A stretch of DNA of 63,651 nt, filler included, from Octopus bimaculoides (Eukaryota): assembly GCF_001194135.2 (NCBI RefSeq). It is 6 parts of 6 records of this genome, joined end to end, with 100 filler letters (N's around TTAATTAATTAA, not from the genome) between each part and the next. Parts side by side here need not be neighbours in the genome. Positions count along the whole stretch, not along the records: positions 59,894 to 63,651 come from NC_068995.1; 5 more parts are not named here. One strand, written 5' to 3'. The translations under genes were made by a program, and so were the position numbers. Each line of letters opens with the position of its first letter. Positions within the stretch are counted from its first letter, which is position 1. Below, piece after piece: positions 63,386-63,651 of the stretch. The notes under the pieces were generated by a model. The model did not search any database and was not told where the DNA came from. It worked only from the letters and a program-made list of their open reading frames with translations.

Positions 63386-63535
63386 CATGACGGGCTTCTT
63401 TCAGTTTCCGTCTACGAAGTCCTCCCAAAAGGTTTTGGTTGGCCCGAGGCTGTAGTAGAAGACACTGGCCCAAGGTGCCTTGCAGTGGGATTGAACCCAG
63501 AGCCATGTGGTTGGTAAGCAAGCTACTTACCACAT
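63386..63535 (-). mobile_element. SINE family 1 head
   Basis: ACGGGCTTCTTTCAGTTTCCGTCTAC..CCCAAGGTGCCTTGCAGTGGGATTGAACCC..GCTACTTACCACAC. Confidence 0.9.
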
Positions 63536-63574
63536 ACCCAATATATATCTATATCCTATCTATCTATCTATCTA

Positions 63575-63625
<51 letters not shown>

Positions 63626-63651
63626 TCTTTTATTCTTTTATTTGTTTCAGT

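Overview
Eukaryotic, AT-rich, gap-ridden and microsatellite-saturated genomic DNA. The SINE families and repeat landscape look like an octopus genome (inference from pattern recognition; no database search was run). Most computed ORFs are microsatellite or N-gap artefacts. The only well-supported host gene is a multi-exon cadherin-repeat gene on the + strand. It has three clear exons (46650-46874, 51488-51667, 52892-53102), probable further exons near 54.2-54.5 kb, and a possible signal-peptide exon near 31 kb. Its Ca2+-binding linkers are non-canonical, and it has extra cysteines and dense N-glycosylation sequons. The rest is transposon material: an internally deleted Academ-like DNA transposon with ~88-bp TIRs (10.2-14.0 kb), a decayed Naiad-like Penelope element with an Asn-rich insert and inverted flanking copies (37.7-41.5 kb), and several Penelope-type short repeats with minimal hammerhead-ribozyme folds. 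Also present are mariner and maT/DD37D relics, a Helitron 3' end, CR1/L2 and Tx1 LINE fragments, a 5'-inverted RTE insertion with a 13-bp TSD, two tRNA-derived SINE families and a fold-back element built from tRNA-like arms. Five identical 100-bp N44-TTAATTAATTAA-N44 spacers are assembly joins.
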